Below, piece after piece: positions 12,428 through 24,757 of a DNA stretch of 64,000 bases. The DNA comes from Felis catus (taxonomy: Eukaryota). The notes beneath the pieces are model-generated. The model ran no database searches and was not told where the DNA came from. It worked only from the letters and a program-made list of their open reading frames with translations. The stretch's first letter is position 1, and every line of letters begins with the position of its first letter. The translations under genes were made by a program, and so were the position numbers. The stretch is from contig NC_058379.1 in the NCBI RefSeq assembly GCF_018350175.1, positions 38,378,001 to 38,442,000 of the forward strand, read 5' to 3'.

Positions 12428-13291
12428 TGAAATTTATTGACAAATTAGTTTCCATACAACACCCAGTGCTCATCCCAAAAGGTGCCCTCCTCATTACCCA
12501 TCACCCACCCTCTCCTCCCTCCCACCCCCCATCAACCCTCAGTTTGTTCTCAGTTTTTAAGAGTCTCTTATGCTTTGGCTCTCTCCCACTCTAACCTGTT
12601 TTTTTTTTTTTTTTCCTTCCCCTCCCCCATGGGTTCCTGTTAATTTCTCAGGGTCCACACAAGAGTGAAACCATATGGTATCTGTCTTTCTCTGTATGGC
12701 TTATTTCACTTAGCATCACACTCTCCAGTTCCATCCACGTTGCTACAAAAGGCCATATTTCATTTTTTCTCATTGCCACGTAATATTCCATTGTGTATAT
12801 AAACCACAATTTCTTTATCCATTCATCAACTGATGGACATTTAGGCTCTTTCCATAATTTGGCTATTGTTGAGAGTGCTGCTATGAACATTGGGGTACAA
12901 GTGGCCCTATGCATCAGTACTCCTGTATCCCTTGGATAAATTCCTAGCAGTGCTATTGCTGGGTCATAGGGTAGGTCTATTTTTAATTTTCTGAGGAACC
13001 TCCACACTGCTTTCCAGAGCGGCTGCACCAATTTGCATTTCCACCAACAGTGCAAGAGGGTTCCCGTTTCTCCACATCCTCTCCAGCATCTAGAGTCTCC
13101 TGATTTGTTCATTTTGGCCACTCTGACTGGCGNNNNNNNNNNNNNNNNNNNNNNNNNNNNNNNNNNNNNNNNNNNNNNNNNNNNNNNNNNNNNNNNNNNN
13201 NNNNNNNNNNNNNNNNNNNNNNNNNNNNNNNNNNNNNNNNNNNNNNNNNNNNNNNNNNNNNNNNTCTTCACTGGGTTATTTGTTTTTCGGG
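12373..13291 (-). mobile_element. Young 5'-truncated felid L1 (L1_Fc-like) nested antisense in the old L1
   Basis: Perfect 15-bp TSD TCCCAACTCATTTAT (12358-12372 / 13292-13306); T53 run (12372-12424); poly(A) signal TTTATT at 12433-12438; spans a 132-N gap. Confidence 0.96.
12648..13132 (-). pseudogene. Open C-terminal fragment of L1 ORF2p (Cys-rich domain), part of the truncated L1
   Basis: Stop-free translation [27 protein letters not shown]...YDPAIALLGIYP...KDRYHMVSLLCGP*; no promoter or start is present. Confidence 0.93.
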
Positions 13292-13420
13292 TCCCAACTC
13301 ATTTATAAGGCCAGTATTACCCTGATATCAACACCAAAGAAGTCACAAGAAAACTAAATAACAATGTTTCTTTTGTATATAACACAAAACCTCAATAAAT
13401 ATTATCAAACTGAATCCAGC

Positions 13421-13460
13421 ATTCTATTCTATTTTATTCTATTCTATTCTGTCCTATTCT
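13421..13460. repeat. (ATTCT)n pentanucleotide microsatellite
   Basis: About 8 imperfect ATTCT units. Confidence 0.85.
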
Positions 13461-14580
13461 GCAAATGAAATTTATCCTAAGAATATGAGTGTGGTTCACA
13501 TAAGAAAATCAATCAATGTGATACACTACATTATAGAGTAATGGGGGAAAAAATACATGATTATCTCAATCGATGAACTAAAAAACATTTGACAAAATCC
13601 AACAATCTTTCATGGTAAAAAAACATGACTAGAAGGGAATAGAAGGGAATTGTCTCAATATGATAAGGACTAAATATCTATGAAAATCTCATAGCTAATA
13701 TCATACTTATTGGTTAAAAATGGATGTTTACCTTCTACGATTAAAAAAAACAAGACAATGATCCCACTCTTTCCATTTCTATTTAACATTGTACTGGAGG
13801 TTCTATCCAGAGCAATCATACAAGAAGAAAAAATAAAAGTCATCCAGTTGGAAAAGGAAGAGGTAAAGCCATGTGTATTCACAGATGATATGATTTCATA
13901 GGTATAAAATGCTAAGAGACTCATTAAAACATGATTAGAACTAACAAGCTTAGCAAAGTCACAGGATCAATATACAATGATCAATTGTATTTCTATACAA
14001 TGTATTTCTAAAAATAAGAAATCTGAAAATGAAATTAAAGACTCAATTCCATTGATAATAGCAACAAAATAATAAATACGTAGGAATAAATTTAGCGAAG
14101 AAGTACACAAACTCTTCTCTGAAAACTACAATACATCATTGAAAGACAGAAAACCTAAAAAATCATTAAAGAAGACCTAAATAAATGGAAAGATATCTCA
14201 TCTTCATAAGTGGGAAGACTTAATATTGGTAAATGGCAATACTTCCCAAATTAATCTACATGTACAATACTATCTCTTTCAAAATCCCAGCTGCCTCCTC
14301 CCTTTTTTGGGGGGTGAGAGTAAAAATTGATGAGCTGACTCTAAAATTCACATGGGACGCAGAACAGCCAAAATCATCTTGAAAGTAAAGAATAAAGTTG
14401 AAGGACTCACACTTTTGAGTTTGAAAACTTACTAAAAAGCAACAGTAATCAAGATTATGTGGATTGACATGAGGGTGCACATTCAGGTCAATGGAACGAA
14501 ATTGAGGGTCCAAAAATAAACCTGTATACATTTATGGTCAATTGGTTTTCAACAATACCATTCAATGGAGAAAGAAGTCT

Positions 14581-14762
14581 TTTCTTTTTTTCTAATGTTT
14601 ATTTATTTATTTTGAGAGAGCACACCAGCGGGGGATGGGCAGAGAACGAGGGAAAGGGAGAACCTCAAGCAGGCTCCATGCTTAGCGTGGAGCCTGACAC
14701 AGGGTTCGATCTCACGACTGTGAGATCATAACCTGAGCCAAAATCCAGAATCAACTGCTTAA
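14581..14762 (-). mobile_element. CAN-SINE lacking its 5' head, fused head-to-head to the next SINE
   Basis: Antisense tail and body end abruptly at ...TCAACTGCTTAA. Confidence 0.9.
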
Positions 14763-14980
14763 GTGCCTGGGTGGCTCAGTCGCTTAAGTGTGACTCTTGG
14801 GATCGGCTCAGGTCATGATCTCTTAGCTCGAAAGATCAAGCCCCCCATTGGGGTCTGATCTGATAGCGCAGAGCCTGCTTGGGATTCTCCAGCCCTCTTT
14901 CTCTGCTCCTCCCCCACTCACAGGCTCTCTTTGTCTCCCTCTCTCTGAAAATAAACGTTAAAAAAGAAAAAGAAAAAGAA
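14763..14980 (+). mobile_element. CAN-SINE (older subfamily)
   Basis: Starts GTGCCTGGGTGGCTCAGTC; ends in an A-rich tail. Confidence 0.92.
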
Positions 14981-15218
14981 CATAGGAATAAATCGTTGCG
15001 ACCTTGGATTAGGCGATGACTTCTCAGATATGACACCAAAACCATGGGTAACAAAAAGATAATGTGGACTCCATAAAAATTTTAAATACTTGTGCTTCAG
15101 AGGAAACCATCAAAAATGTGAAAAGACAACCCACACGGAAGAATATAATATTTGCAAATCACGTATCTGATAAGGGACTCGTATCTAGAATACATTAAGA
15201 ATTCCTATAACTCAACGA

Positions 15219-15674
15219 TGATGCATTGTACATTTTTAAAAACTTCCTATTTTCCTGATGCTCCAACATTCTCGCAAACACGTTTGAGCACCCTGCCCAG
15301 GGGACCCGGTACACCTGTGTAATAAGACACGTCTCTGTCACAAGTTCCATTTCTTGCCCTCCCCTGACCGTGGCCTAATGACATTCAAAACACCGGTGAA
15401 ATCTCCTTCTACCTCTTGCACATGTTCCACTCCCAAGAAAGACACTTGTTCTCTTGTCCTCTCTATCTCTTGGCTCCCCAGCTGCTGGGCTGGGCCAGCT
15501 CTTTGGTGCTCCATCCACATGGCTCCATGGGTGGTATGCCATGCCTCCCTCCTTCTGGGACCTGTGAATGTAATAAATCTCTTTCACTTACACCTGCCTC
15601 TCTTACTCCATATCCACGCCAGACTGATAATCAAAAAACCCGTATTTAAAATAACATAATTATTCTTTACCACA
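15219..15674 (+). mobile_element. Probable solo ERV LTR inserted in the L1
   Basis: ~455 bp non-L1 block that splits the L1 motif CTCAAC|AATAAAA..ACAACCCAATT; TG...CA ends; AATAAA at 15572-15577; TSD not clear. Confidence 0.7.
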
Positions 15675-16084
15675 CAAATAAAATGACAACCCAATTCAAA
15701 AATGGGCAAAAGGGTAAAGAACCATGTCTTCGAAGAAGGTATATAAATGGCCAATAAGCACTTGACAATAACACTCAGTCTCGTTAGTCATTAGGAAAAT
15801 GTAAATCAAAATCGCATTAAGATACCGGTTCCTATTAGGATGGCTATACTAAAAAAGATGAGCAGTTGTAAGTGTCAGTGAAGACGGGGCCAGATTAGGA
15901 CCCTCATATGTTGCTGGTGGGGAAGTAAATGGTTCTGCCACCATGGAAAGTTTGGCGATTCCTTCAAATGGTAAACATATAGTATGTATACAGGATATAC
16001 ATATTCTGTATGTATATTACCCAAGAGATTTAAAATCAAATGTCCATACAAAAACTTGCCCATGATTGTTCATAGCCACATTAT

Positions 16085-16184
16085 CTTTCATCATTTTTAA
16101 CTGAAATTTATAATCACCATGCTGTACATGACATCCCCAGGTCTCATTTATCTTATAACTGGAAGTTTGTACCTTTTGACCACC
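16085..16184 (-). mobile_element. Short antisense L1 3' UTR fragment nested in the old L1
   Basis: CTCATTTATCTTATAACTGGAAGTTTGTACCTTTTGACC; degenerate TSD TTCATAGCCACATTAT (16069-16084) / TTCGTAGCAGCATTAT (16185-16200). Confidence 0.8.
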
Positions 16185-16889
16185 TTCGTAGCAGCATTAT
16201 CCATAATCACCCCAAAGTGAAAATAACCCAAATGTCCACCAACAGAAAAATGGTTAGACAAAATGTGGTGTATCCATAGTATAAAATGTTTGGCCATAAA
16301 AAGAATGAAGTTCTGATACATGCTACCACATGAAAGAACGTTGGAACATACTAAGCGAAAGAAGCCATATATTCTGATTCCAGGTGTATGAAATGTCCAG
16401 AGAAGGCAAATCCATAGAGGCAGAAAGCAACTTAGTGGTTTCCATGGACTGAAAGGGCAGGGAAGAGGGGAGAGACTGCTCATAGGTATAGGATTTCAAA
16501 TTGAGGTGATAAAAATGCTCTGGAATTAATAGCGTTGGGATGCACAACTCTGAATAGACCCCAAAGCACTGAAGTGTATACTGGAAAAGAGTGAACTTTA
16601 TGGTGTATGAATTGTATCTCAGTAACGTTGTTATTTACAAATAAAAGCCCCCAGTGCCTCCCCCCCCACACACACAACTTGTCTCCAGTAAACAGTTCAA
16701 GCCCCATAGCAGGTGTGGTTGGTCCTGCCTGCCTTTTGCATCCACACAGTCATCTGTGCCCTCTTGGCCTTGACCCTCCAGCCAAGCGGAGCTCTCTGTG
16801 GGTCCCAGAACCCATTATACGGATTCTTACCTCCCTGCCTTAGAACCTTAGCTTGGCCTTACCCTTCTTGTTAAATTGCTATTTGACGT

Positions 16890-17435
16890 TCTTTAAAAAT
16901 GTTTAGAATAAAAATCTCAAACACACAGAAAAATAGAAAGACTGATACACTGAACACCCACCACCTACATCCAACGATTGCTTTTTCCTGTATAACCCTC
17001 TGATGTCATGTAATGTACAGTTCAGGCCTCACTTTGACCAGTCAGCCTTACTATCTTTTATGGCTTTTCTTTTTCCCCAAACCAGACTCCCACATGAAGG
17101 AACACACACTACATCTGGTTGTTATGTCTGTTAAGTCTTTCCCAAATCTAGAACGTCCTCCACCCCCCCCCATCACCCTCAGTTTAATCTCTTATATTAA
17201 GTCTCTTTTCTAATAGATGGGGCCAGCTGTCCAGCAGAATGTCCCATAGTCTGGATTTGTATAATTGTTCCTTTCTGGGTCCTATTTAACTCGTTTCTCT
17301 ATTCTCTTAATTTCCTGCGAAGTACAAGTTGGATCTAAAGGTTAATTACATTCCAGTTGTTTGGAAAGAGTACTCCACGGGAGTTACTATGTACTTCATA
17401 TTACATTGCATCAGGACGCAGATTATGTTATTAGC
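16890..17435 (-). mobile_element. Ancient L1 3' UTR (L1MC-like) relic
   Basis: CATCTGGTTGTTATGTCT...CAGAATGTCCCATAGTCTGGATTTG...TTGCATCAGGA motifs typical of L1MC 3' ends. Confidence 0.6.
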
Positions 17436-20400
17436 TCACATAGTTTGCATTCAAACCCATAAAATTTCCCTTTTTAGAATACCCCTTTCATCGTTAATTG
17501 ATTGTGTTTGTGAAGAGAGGTTGTCCTTGGGCATAAAGTTAATTCAGGGCTGTAACTCTAGGCTTCTCTTTCATAAGCGCTATTATCTCTGCGGCTTCAT
17601 TGAGGATAAGCGCTGTGCTAGCCCATGGGCTACCGAAAGTTGAATGAAAGGTAGCGCCTGTCCCCAGGGACAGCACTGGGGGACTCTAGCGTTTCCTGCA
17701 TGTCAGGTGTTGGGTCACAGGCACACACGTGGACACACGTGGACACGCATGGACCCACACCACTGTGTCAAGAAGAAGAGTGCCTTCAACAATGCTGAGC
17801 AACCAACCAGGGCCTGAACCACGCTCCAGACTCAAAACTCCTGGGACACTGCTAGCCAGGGAACTCCCCGGATCTCTGCTTTCCTGCCATGCAGAAAGGC
17901 GGAAGGTCCGGGGAGTCAACAAAACTTTAAACATCAGTAAAATAATCTGTGACTGTTTCTTGAGCACCAAACGTGGGATTTGGCTCCAGCCATCTCAACG
18001 TTAACAGTTAAAACAAACAACCAGACAAACAAACTGGTTCACGCTGCAAACCAGCTAGACATGCCTGCTGGCTTTAAGTCGAGCCACAAACCCAAGTTGC
18101 TTTCAACTCGCCAGGCTGTATGGAATACGGTTAGAAGGAGCCCAGAGATGTTCCTCACTCTGCGGTCAGCTGGGAGGCCAGCAGATCTGAGACCTGCATC
18201 TGTGCCTGCATATACGCCCAGTTTCCCAGTGTTTTCTCAACATGCAAGGCTCAGGCAGGGTTTATATACTGATCGCTCAGTTAAGTCGGTTTGATAGGTT
18301 TGATCCCTGGTGGCCCAGTGAGGATAGATTTTAGAAATGCAGCCCTGCCTGGAATTGCTAAAAGGAAACGTTCCAGGGAAGGGAAGCCAGCACAATTTGT
18401 ACAATTATGGCGGCAAGTAAACAAGAGTATTCGGGCAGTTTCTTAATCCTGCCGCAATCTGTCTTGAAGCGGTCAGCAGTTCCCAGGTGCACATTTCTGT
18501 GATGGTGCTGTGTTTCTCTAGACAGTTCCCCTCGCACAGCCCGGGACGCTCCCTGAAGAAGTGCGGAAATCGATGCAAAGGGCTCTGGTCCACGGGAATG
18601 ACCTAAATACCGGCTTTGCTCCTGATGAAGCAGTGCTGATTGCTTTTTACGCGTATCTTTCATCATCATTAGCCAGCTCCAGCTTCCCTTCCCCAGATAA
18701 GGGTACCAGAAACAACAGACTGAGCAGAGAGAGAGAGCTGAAGAGGCACAATTCAGCCAACAATCACGAACACACGAAAAGGCAGCAAAATACGATAAAA
18801 TAAAAACAGTGCATCTGAGACCTACCAACACAGGCAGGAAATTACCAATGGCCATTGCACATGAATTCTCCCTTCCCATCAAGGGCACGGCAACCACATT
18901 CCACACCAGCACCAAGCCTTTCACTGAACATTCATCCCAGGGAAGTATCTTTCAAGATATGCTTTTTTATTACCAGGCGGTGAGATAAATGGCTCTTGGG
19001 TAAATCAAGGAACAGCGCAACTCTATATGATCTCTTTTAAAAATTATAATATGCGTCTTGCTACTTCTGCCGAAAAACCAAAATAAAGTCCAAGTTGTTT
19101 GACAAAATGCCATGCAGCTCTGAAAACGGGAGCCTGAGTGTACTGTATTACATGTGATATTATGTATTTATTACTCAGGAGTTTGCATTTAAAAAGCTGT
19201 ATGGCTGCCCATTCTTATCCTTCCCGGCAGGATAGCTCATGACGATCAGGAGGGAAAAGCCCCATGTATTACGACTTTCACTCTGTCTTCGGTCATCAAA
19301 AATGAATTTCCCCTGGCAAACAGTTTATTTTGCAAGTGAGTTTAAGTGATTCATAGTCTGCTGAAAAATAGCATCTTGAAATTTATTCTTAAACATAGCG
19401 CTTTATAAACTTAGTTCACACATATGGTGTTTCCCAGGCAAATATTCAGAGGCACAGGGATGGGCCTGTGGCGGGGATGAAGCTGGAAAGCTGTATGGGG
19501 GCAGCGCTCTGCTAACTGCTTGGAGGCCCTACACGGCCTCTCCAGCAGGGGTCCAGGCAGGCGCGCACGGGACCAGTGACCTGGAAATCAGTGTGGCCAG
19601 AATCAGCGCAATAGCAGAGAGGAGAGAAGGGGCCTTCTCTCCCCTTCCTCTCTCATCCCCTTTGCTCCTAGTGCACACACAGAATGGGCCATTTCCCTGT
19701 TTTGTGTCTTGTAAGAAAACCCCCGAATCACCGGGAATGATTCACAGAGAAAGAGTCACATATCATCTGGAGCACAAAACCCTGGAGTGCAGATGGCAGA
19801 ATTCAGAAATAGAATGAAGTTCCATAGCTCCAAGCACAGGGCCAGACACCTGGCATTGGGAACGCGATGGTTACAAAACTAACATGGGACCAGACGCTGC
19901 AACCTGGCAGACAAGTGTCCTGGGAGACAGCTAGACAGAAGTCAACCATGAATCTGCTGATGTAGGACCATGGCTTATCTCAGCCAACAGACTTCCCTGG
20001 CCTTTTGAGAGGCGGGGGGGCCATGTGGAAAAACAATTTATCTGGACCCAGAAGACCATCATTCTGGTCCCAAGCAAGCGCTTAACTTCAGTTTGGATCT
20101 CAGTTTCCTCCCCTGTAAAACCTGCGTCGTGGTGCCCTGTTAATCTCCCCCAGCCGCCACAAATTCACAAATTCCATCCAATTCAGGACTACGAGAAACC
20201 CGAAGTGAGTTCAGAGACATCTCTGAGTTTTTGAGGCTTTAAGAAACTTACCAAGTGGTAAGATACGGAGTTGGGGCTGATTTATGCCTGTTCTCGCCCC
20301 TGGAGCAGGGCTCTTCCTAAAGCCACAAGGAATGGGAACATGATACCAGAGCACAGGTGGAAGGTCCCCACCTCCTTTCCAAATAGATTCCCCCTCCCTT

Positions 20401-20529
20401 GCCCCCTGTTTGCTGAAGGGGCCAAGGAGGAGGAGTCTTGGCTGGGAACTCTTTCCCCATCGCTGTTGATGGGATGCTAAGTGGAACAGTGAATAATGAT
20501 ACATTATTTACAACAATAAAGACGACATA

Positions 20530-20740
20530 GCAACAGCCAACTTTTATTGGGCACTTACTCGATTCTAGGCACTGAGCTAAGTGTTCTACATGCGTCATTT
20601 ATTTAAAATTTCTCGTAACAACCTCACGAGATAGGTCTGTGCAAATAATATTATTATTCTTTTCAGAATCCAAGAAACAGTGTTGGATAAGTTACTTACT
20701 CCAAAGGAGACCGCCTGTCCATGAAGGAGCTAAGACAAGG
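20530..20740 (-). mobile_element. MIR relic
   Basis: TTTATTGGGCACTTAC...AGGCACTGAGCTAAGTG...AACAACCTCACGAGATAGG. Confidence 0.8.
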
Positions 20741-21809
20741 ACCCCGCCCCACCTGGGGTCCTACCTGCCTCCTGGCATTCTCACTGGAGGGCGAGGATGG
20801 GTGGTTAGAGAAGCCATATCTTTGGTATCTTTGTGAGGCGGAGAATGGGTCCTGTTGTCAGTCTGCAGGATGGGTTGGGGGGGAGGTCTGGGACTCAGCT
20901 GTGCTCAGTGTTCTCCCCGTTCCTCATCTGCACACTGGTCTCTGCCCCAAATCTGAAGAAAAGTGAGAGAGAATGGATCCATCCAACCGGAAGAGGAAGG
21001 GTCTCCGATTCCAGATTCTGGGAGGTGATGAAGTAACTTCATTGTCATCTCTAAGTGTGAGGAGCGACCTCACCCAGATCACCAGGAAGCCCTCTCTCCC
21101 CTGTTCCCCATAAGGAGAGGTGGGCAAGGAGCACATTTAAGCCACAGCCTTAGGGAACTGCCAGGGAAGAAAGCATTTCGTGACCGAGTTGTTGTTGACC
21201 GTGGGAAGAAGCTGCCGGAAAGGGATCAACATCTCCTCTGAGCTCCCTGACGGGAGGGGACATTTCTGCATGGCAGTGTGTTGCTGTTCATTGCAACACT
21301 GGGAAATTTTAAATCAAAAATGAGATTTCCAGAAATGTGTTTCCCTAAATTCTTCACACGGGTGTGCTATTAATATGGAAATGAGGAGAGAGTTTAATCA
21401 TGTTTGACTGTTTGCTGGAAAGAAAGCAAACATGCTGCTAGGCTAAGTATCATCAGGTTTGTAAAATGGGGTCAGGCTGATGTGGGATTGATGGGTTTCT
21501 TGCTGCTTATTATCCTGTTGGATGGTTGGAATAAATCCAATGCTGAGAGAAAGCCACTGCGCCCCTGCACTTGGCACGGCGATCCTGAGAAGCAGGTGGC
21601 CTTGGCAGTGACCTGGAGGGCTGGAAGGTGGACCTCTTCAGGCCGGCACCTGTCCCTGTGCCTGAGCCTGGCCCCGGCCCCACGCCCTGCAGGGTGATTG
21701 TGGCGGAGGGCGGGCTCAGGGCAGGCACAAGGCTGGAGTAGGAGATCAAAGGGCAGATCAAACAAGAATTCCTCATCTGTGTATAATTGATTCCTGTTTA
21801 CAAAGTGTC

Positions 21810-21990
21810 TCTGTGTATATTGTTTCAATTAATCCTCCTAAGGCATCAGTGAGAAAGGCAAGGCAGATCTTTTTATCTGCCTGATTTACGGATGAATGAA
21901 TGAGGCCCCAAAAGAAGGCAAGCGGTTTCTTCAGTGTTACTCAGCTCACAAGGCACAGACAGAACCCAGGAACCCGGCCCCACTATGCCA
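21810..21990 (-). mobile_element. MIR relic
   Basis: TTAATCCTC...TTTACGGATGAATGAATGAGGCCC...AGAACCCAGG. Confidence 0.6.
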
Positions 21991-22284
21991 CAGTGCTCCC
22001 TCCATGCCAGGGTGGTGCTCCGGGGACTGGGCTCTGTGCCTTCCTCCTCCACACCCCATGTGGGCTCTGCCCCTAACTTAGACTCTGTTACTTACACTTT
22101 CAGGGGCTAAGCTTGCTCCTGGACTTGGCCGAGATAAGTACTCCAGGCTGATTTCAGCACCAACTCCCCCCAGTTAGTTAATTAATCTCTTCAGGAAATA
22201 TGTTATGGGGTCATCTCGTAGCTACTGCGAAGACCATGGCGAACAGGAAAGAAAAGCATCTGTTCTAGGGAGCCTGTCTCCAAG

Positions 22285-22685
22285 GGCTGTGCTCCTTCCT
22301 GACTGTAATGCACGCGTGGGTCGCCCCAGGACCCCTGACCGAGGGCAAATTCCGATTCAGTAGGTCGGGGCTGGGGTCTGAGCTTCTGTATTTCTGTTTT
22401 TTTTTTTTTTTTAACGTTTATTTATTTTTGAGACAGACAGAGACAGAGCATGAACGGGGGAGGGTCAGAGAGAGAGAGGGAGACACAGAATCCGAAACAG
22501 GCTCCAGGCTCCGAGCTGTCAGCACAGAGCCCGACGCGGGGCTCGAACTCACAGACCGCGAGATCATGACCTGAGCCGAAGTCGGACGCCCAACTGACTG
22601 AGCCACCCAGGCGCCCCTGAGCTTCTGTATTTCTAATGGGTGGTGTCAGTGCTGGGGGTCCACAGACCGGGCTTTGAGCAATGGG
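22285..22685. mobile_element. MER5-type hAT MITE split by a SINE
   Basis: CCGATTCAGTAGGTCGGGGCTGGGGTCTGAG..TTTCT|AA...GGTCCACAGACC..CTTTGAG matches the MER5 layout. Confidence 0.7.
22396..22617 (-). mobile_element. Felid SINE
   Basis: Full antisense copy; perfect 17-bp TSD TGAGCTTCTGTATTTCT (22379-22395 / 22618-22634). Confidence 0.97.
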
Positions 22686-24757
22686 CCCCTAGCACCTGGT
22701 GGTAGAAAATTCTGTCAACAGACAGCAATAGAACCATGATAGATGTAGAGTTTCTGAAACCCGGTTTTGCTTTTCCTTCCCCCTACCCTTCCAATGGCTA
22801 AGCTCTTATTTACCCGGTAATGATCTTCATCGTATTCTCTGAAATATGCGAGCAGTTCTGTTTTCCCTAAGTTTTGTTCCTACTTGTTCCCAGGCCTTGT
22901 TCCCTGAGTCCCGCCTTGACTACCTGCCTGCCCAGTCCACACTGCAGGATGCTTGTTGGCTTACACGGCTGCCTGGAACTCCCCGCCAGATGCCCCTCAG
23001 GCTCTCCACGGGTCCACCTCAACGTGCTTTCATACTGAACTGGGAGGTCCGAGCCCTTCCAGTTCCGCACATGCTGCCGTTGACTAGCGGGATCAGGACA
23101 CAAAAACGTGTCCAATCAGCGCCTTGATAAACTAGGATCCAAGGCGTTCGATTCCCAAGCAAGGAGGTGTATTTTATGCAGTGTCAACCTCTTAATTAGA
23201 CATTAGTTTTATTTACTGTCAATTACGCAGAAGAGAACCCTTGTCCCACTGAGGATAAATGCCTCTCTGCACTCCCCTGTGAGGCCCACTTGTTTCTGCT
23301 GATGACTTTATTAAAAGGTAAGAAGATGGGCCTGCCTTATTAGCATCACAGCAGGAATCAGACCGTTGCTATAAATGAACCTCCTGAGATCCCGTCTGAA
23401 ATTGCAGATTGAGAAGAACCAACTAAGAAGCCAGGGATTCAACTTTCCAAGGTAGAGAATGGAGGCGCAGGATCTGAATATTGCTGTCAAAATGCACCAT
23501 CCGAAATTTCAAGAATATAAGTAGAGCTCGTTGAGATAACATCTGTCGTTCCCAAACTGCACACGTGTTAGGGTGTGAAGACAGTCCGTGACTTCAAGAT
23601 CACGGACGTGAGCTTTCAGAATTCTGTGGACATCAGCCTCGGATTTGCATTCCACCCAGAGCCACAGGGCAGCCACGTGGTGATTCCTGGTTCTAGAAAT
23701 ACTTCTTGCCAATGTCACGTCCTTAGCGGAGGAGTCTGTTTATTTCCTACTCTGACAGGGTCTTTGACTCTTGCGTGCTCACAAAATGAACTGTTTTTCT
23801 CTGACCCAGACTCAGCCTCCCCCTTTCTCCCCCAGCCTTTGTGTGATGAACTGCTCACCACATCGCATATTTAAAAAAAAAAAAAAGGCTATCCCCATGT
23901 TCGAACCAGAGGATAAAAGCCTTCTGATTACCAAACACTATCTCTGAGTTCTTGTTTGCAGGTAGCATTTCTTTTTGGAACCCTAACAACCTGACCTCAT
24001 CAGCTGGAAGAGAGCTGTCCATATTGAACAAAGGGCAACCACACCACACAACTAGACTTCCCGCAGCAAGGAAAGCAGGGTTTCTTTTCCTGAAGGTTCA
24101 CGGGTGCTGGAGCTGTGAGGAAGGAGTCTCGGAGCAGACAGAGTGCCGTGACGTCACCTGCCCTCCTCACCTGTGCATGCTTTCAGGGGGCCCTGGGGCC
24201 AAGCCAGATGCAACACCCCAACACGGTTATGGGACAGGATGGCATACACTGAATGCTTTATACCCCAGTGCCTACCTCGTTTCCCAGACTCCCCAAACGT
24301 GAGAACTTAGTTGGAAACATGACAGACTCATCCAGAGCCCTTGGGGCCCCAGAAGCCAGAGGATCCCAGTGGAAGGTCCCTGTCATGGGTGAGAGGGGCC
24401 ACAGAAGTGGATGGAGGAGCAGGAGAGGGAAGGAGCTAAGGTGAATGGGTGGGTGGGCAGCCGGAATCAGAGAGACCCGAGGGGCCGCAGGCGGCGTGTT
24501 GGCAGGTGTGAAGAAATTCAACAGCGGGCACTTGGCCACCGTCTCCCGGAATTCTTTAGCAAGCGGCCCGCACCCGGCCAGAGGGAAAGGCAAAGTAGAC
24601 ACAGAAGGCCAGAGGAAGGCTGACACAAGTGAGGCAGAGCCCCAGTGTCAAAACAAATGTGGATTCTGCTTAGAAGGCTCAGGAAGATGAGAAAGAACCC
24701 AGTGACCTGAAACTGAGGAAGAAGAGTGAGGCGTTGCCATTAGACATAAGAAGCCTG

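Larger units (their letters stand above)
11507..16640 (+). mobile_element. Old L1 (L1MB-like): degenerate ORF2 plus 3' UTR, interrupted by five nested insertions
   Basis: A-rich ORF2-derived sequence; RT-domain remnant [44 protein letters not shown] (13710-13901); L1MB-type 3' UTR to ~16640. Confidence 0.92.

Noticed and set aside
18358-18924. 188-aa minus-strand ORF and overlapping ORFs
   Set aside because: No recognisable domain, non-ATG start, and no consistent splice boundaries.
23509-23874. Protein-like ORFs (VAALWLWVECKSEADVHRILK...) and an 8-bp hairpin at 23584-23607
   Set aside because: No homology I can recognise; the length and hairpin are within chance expectation.
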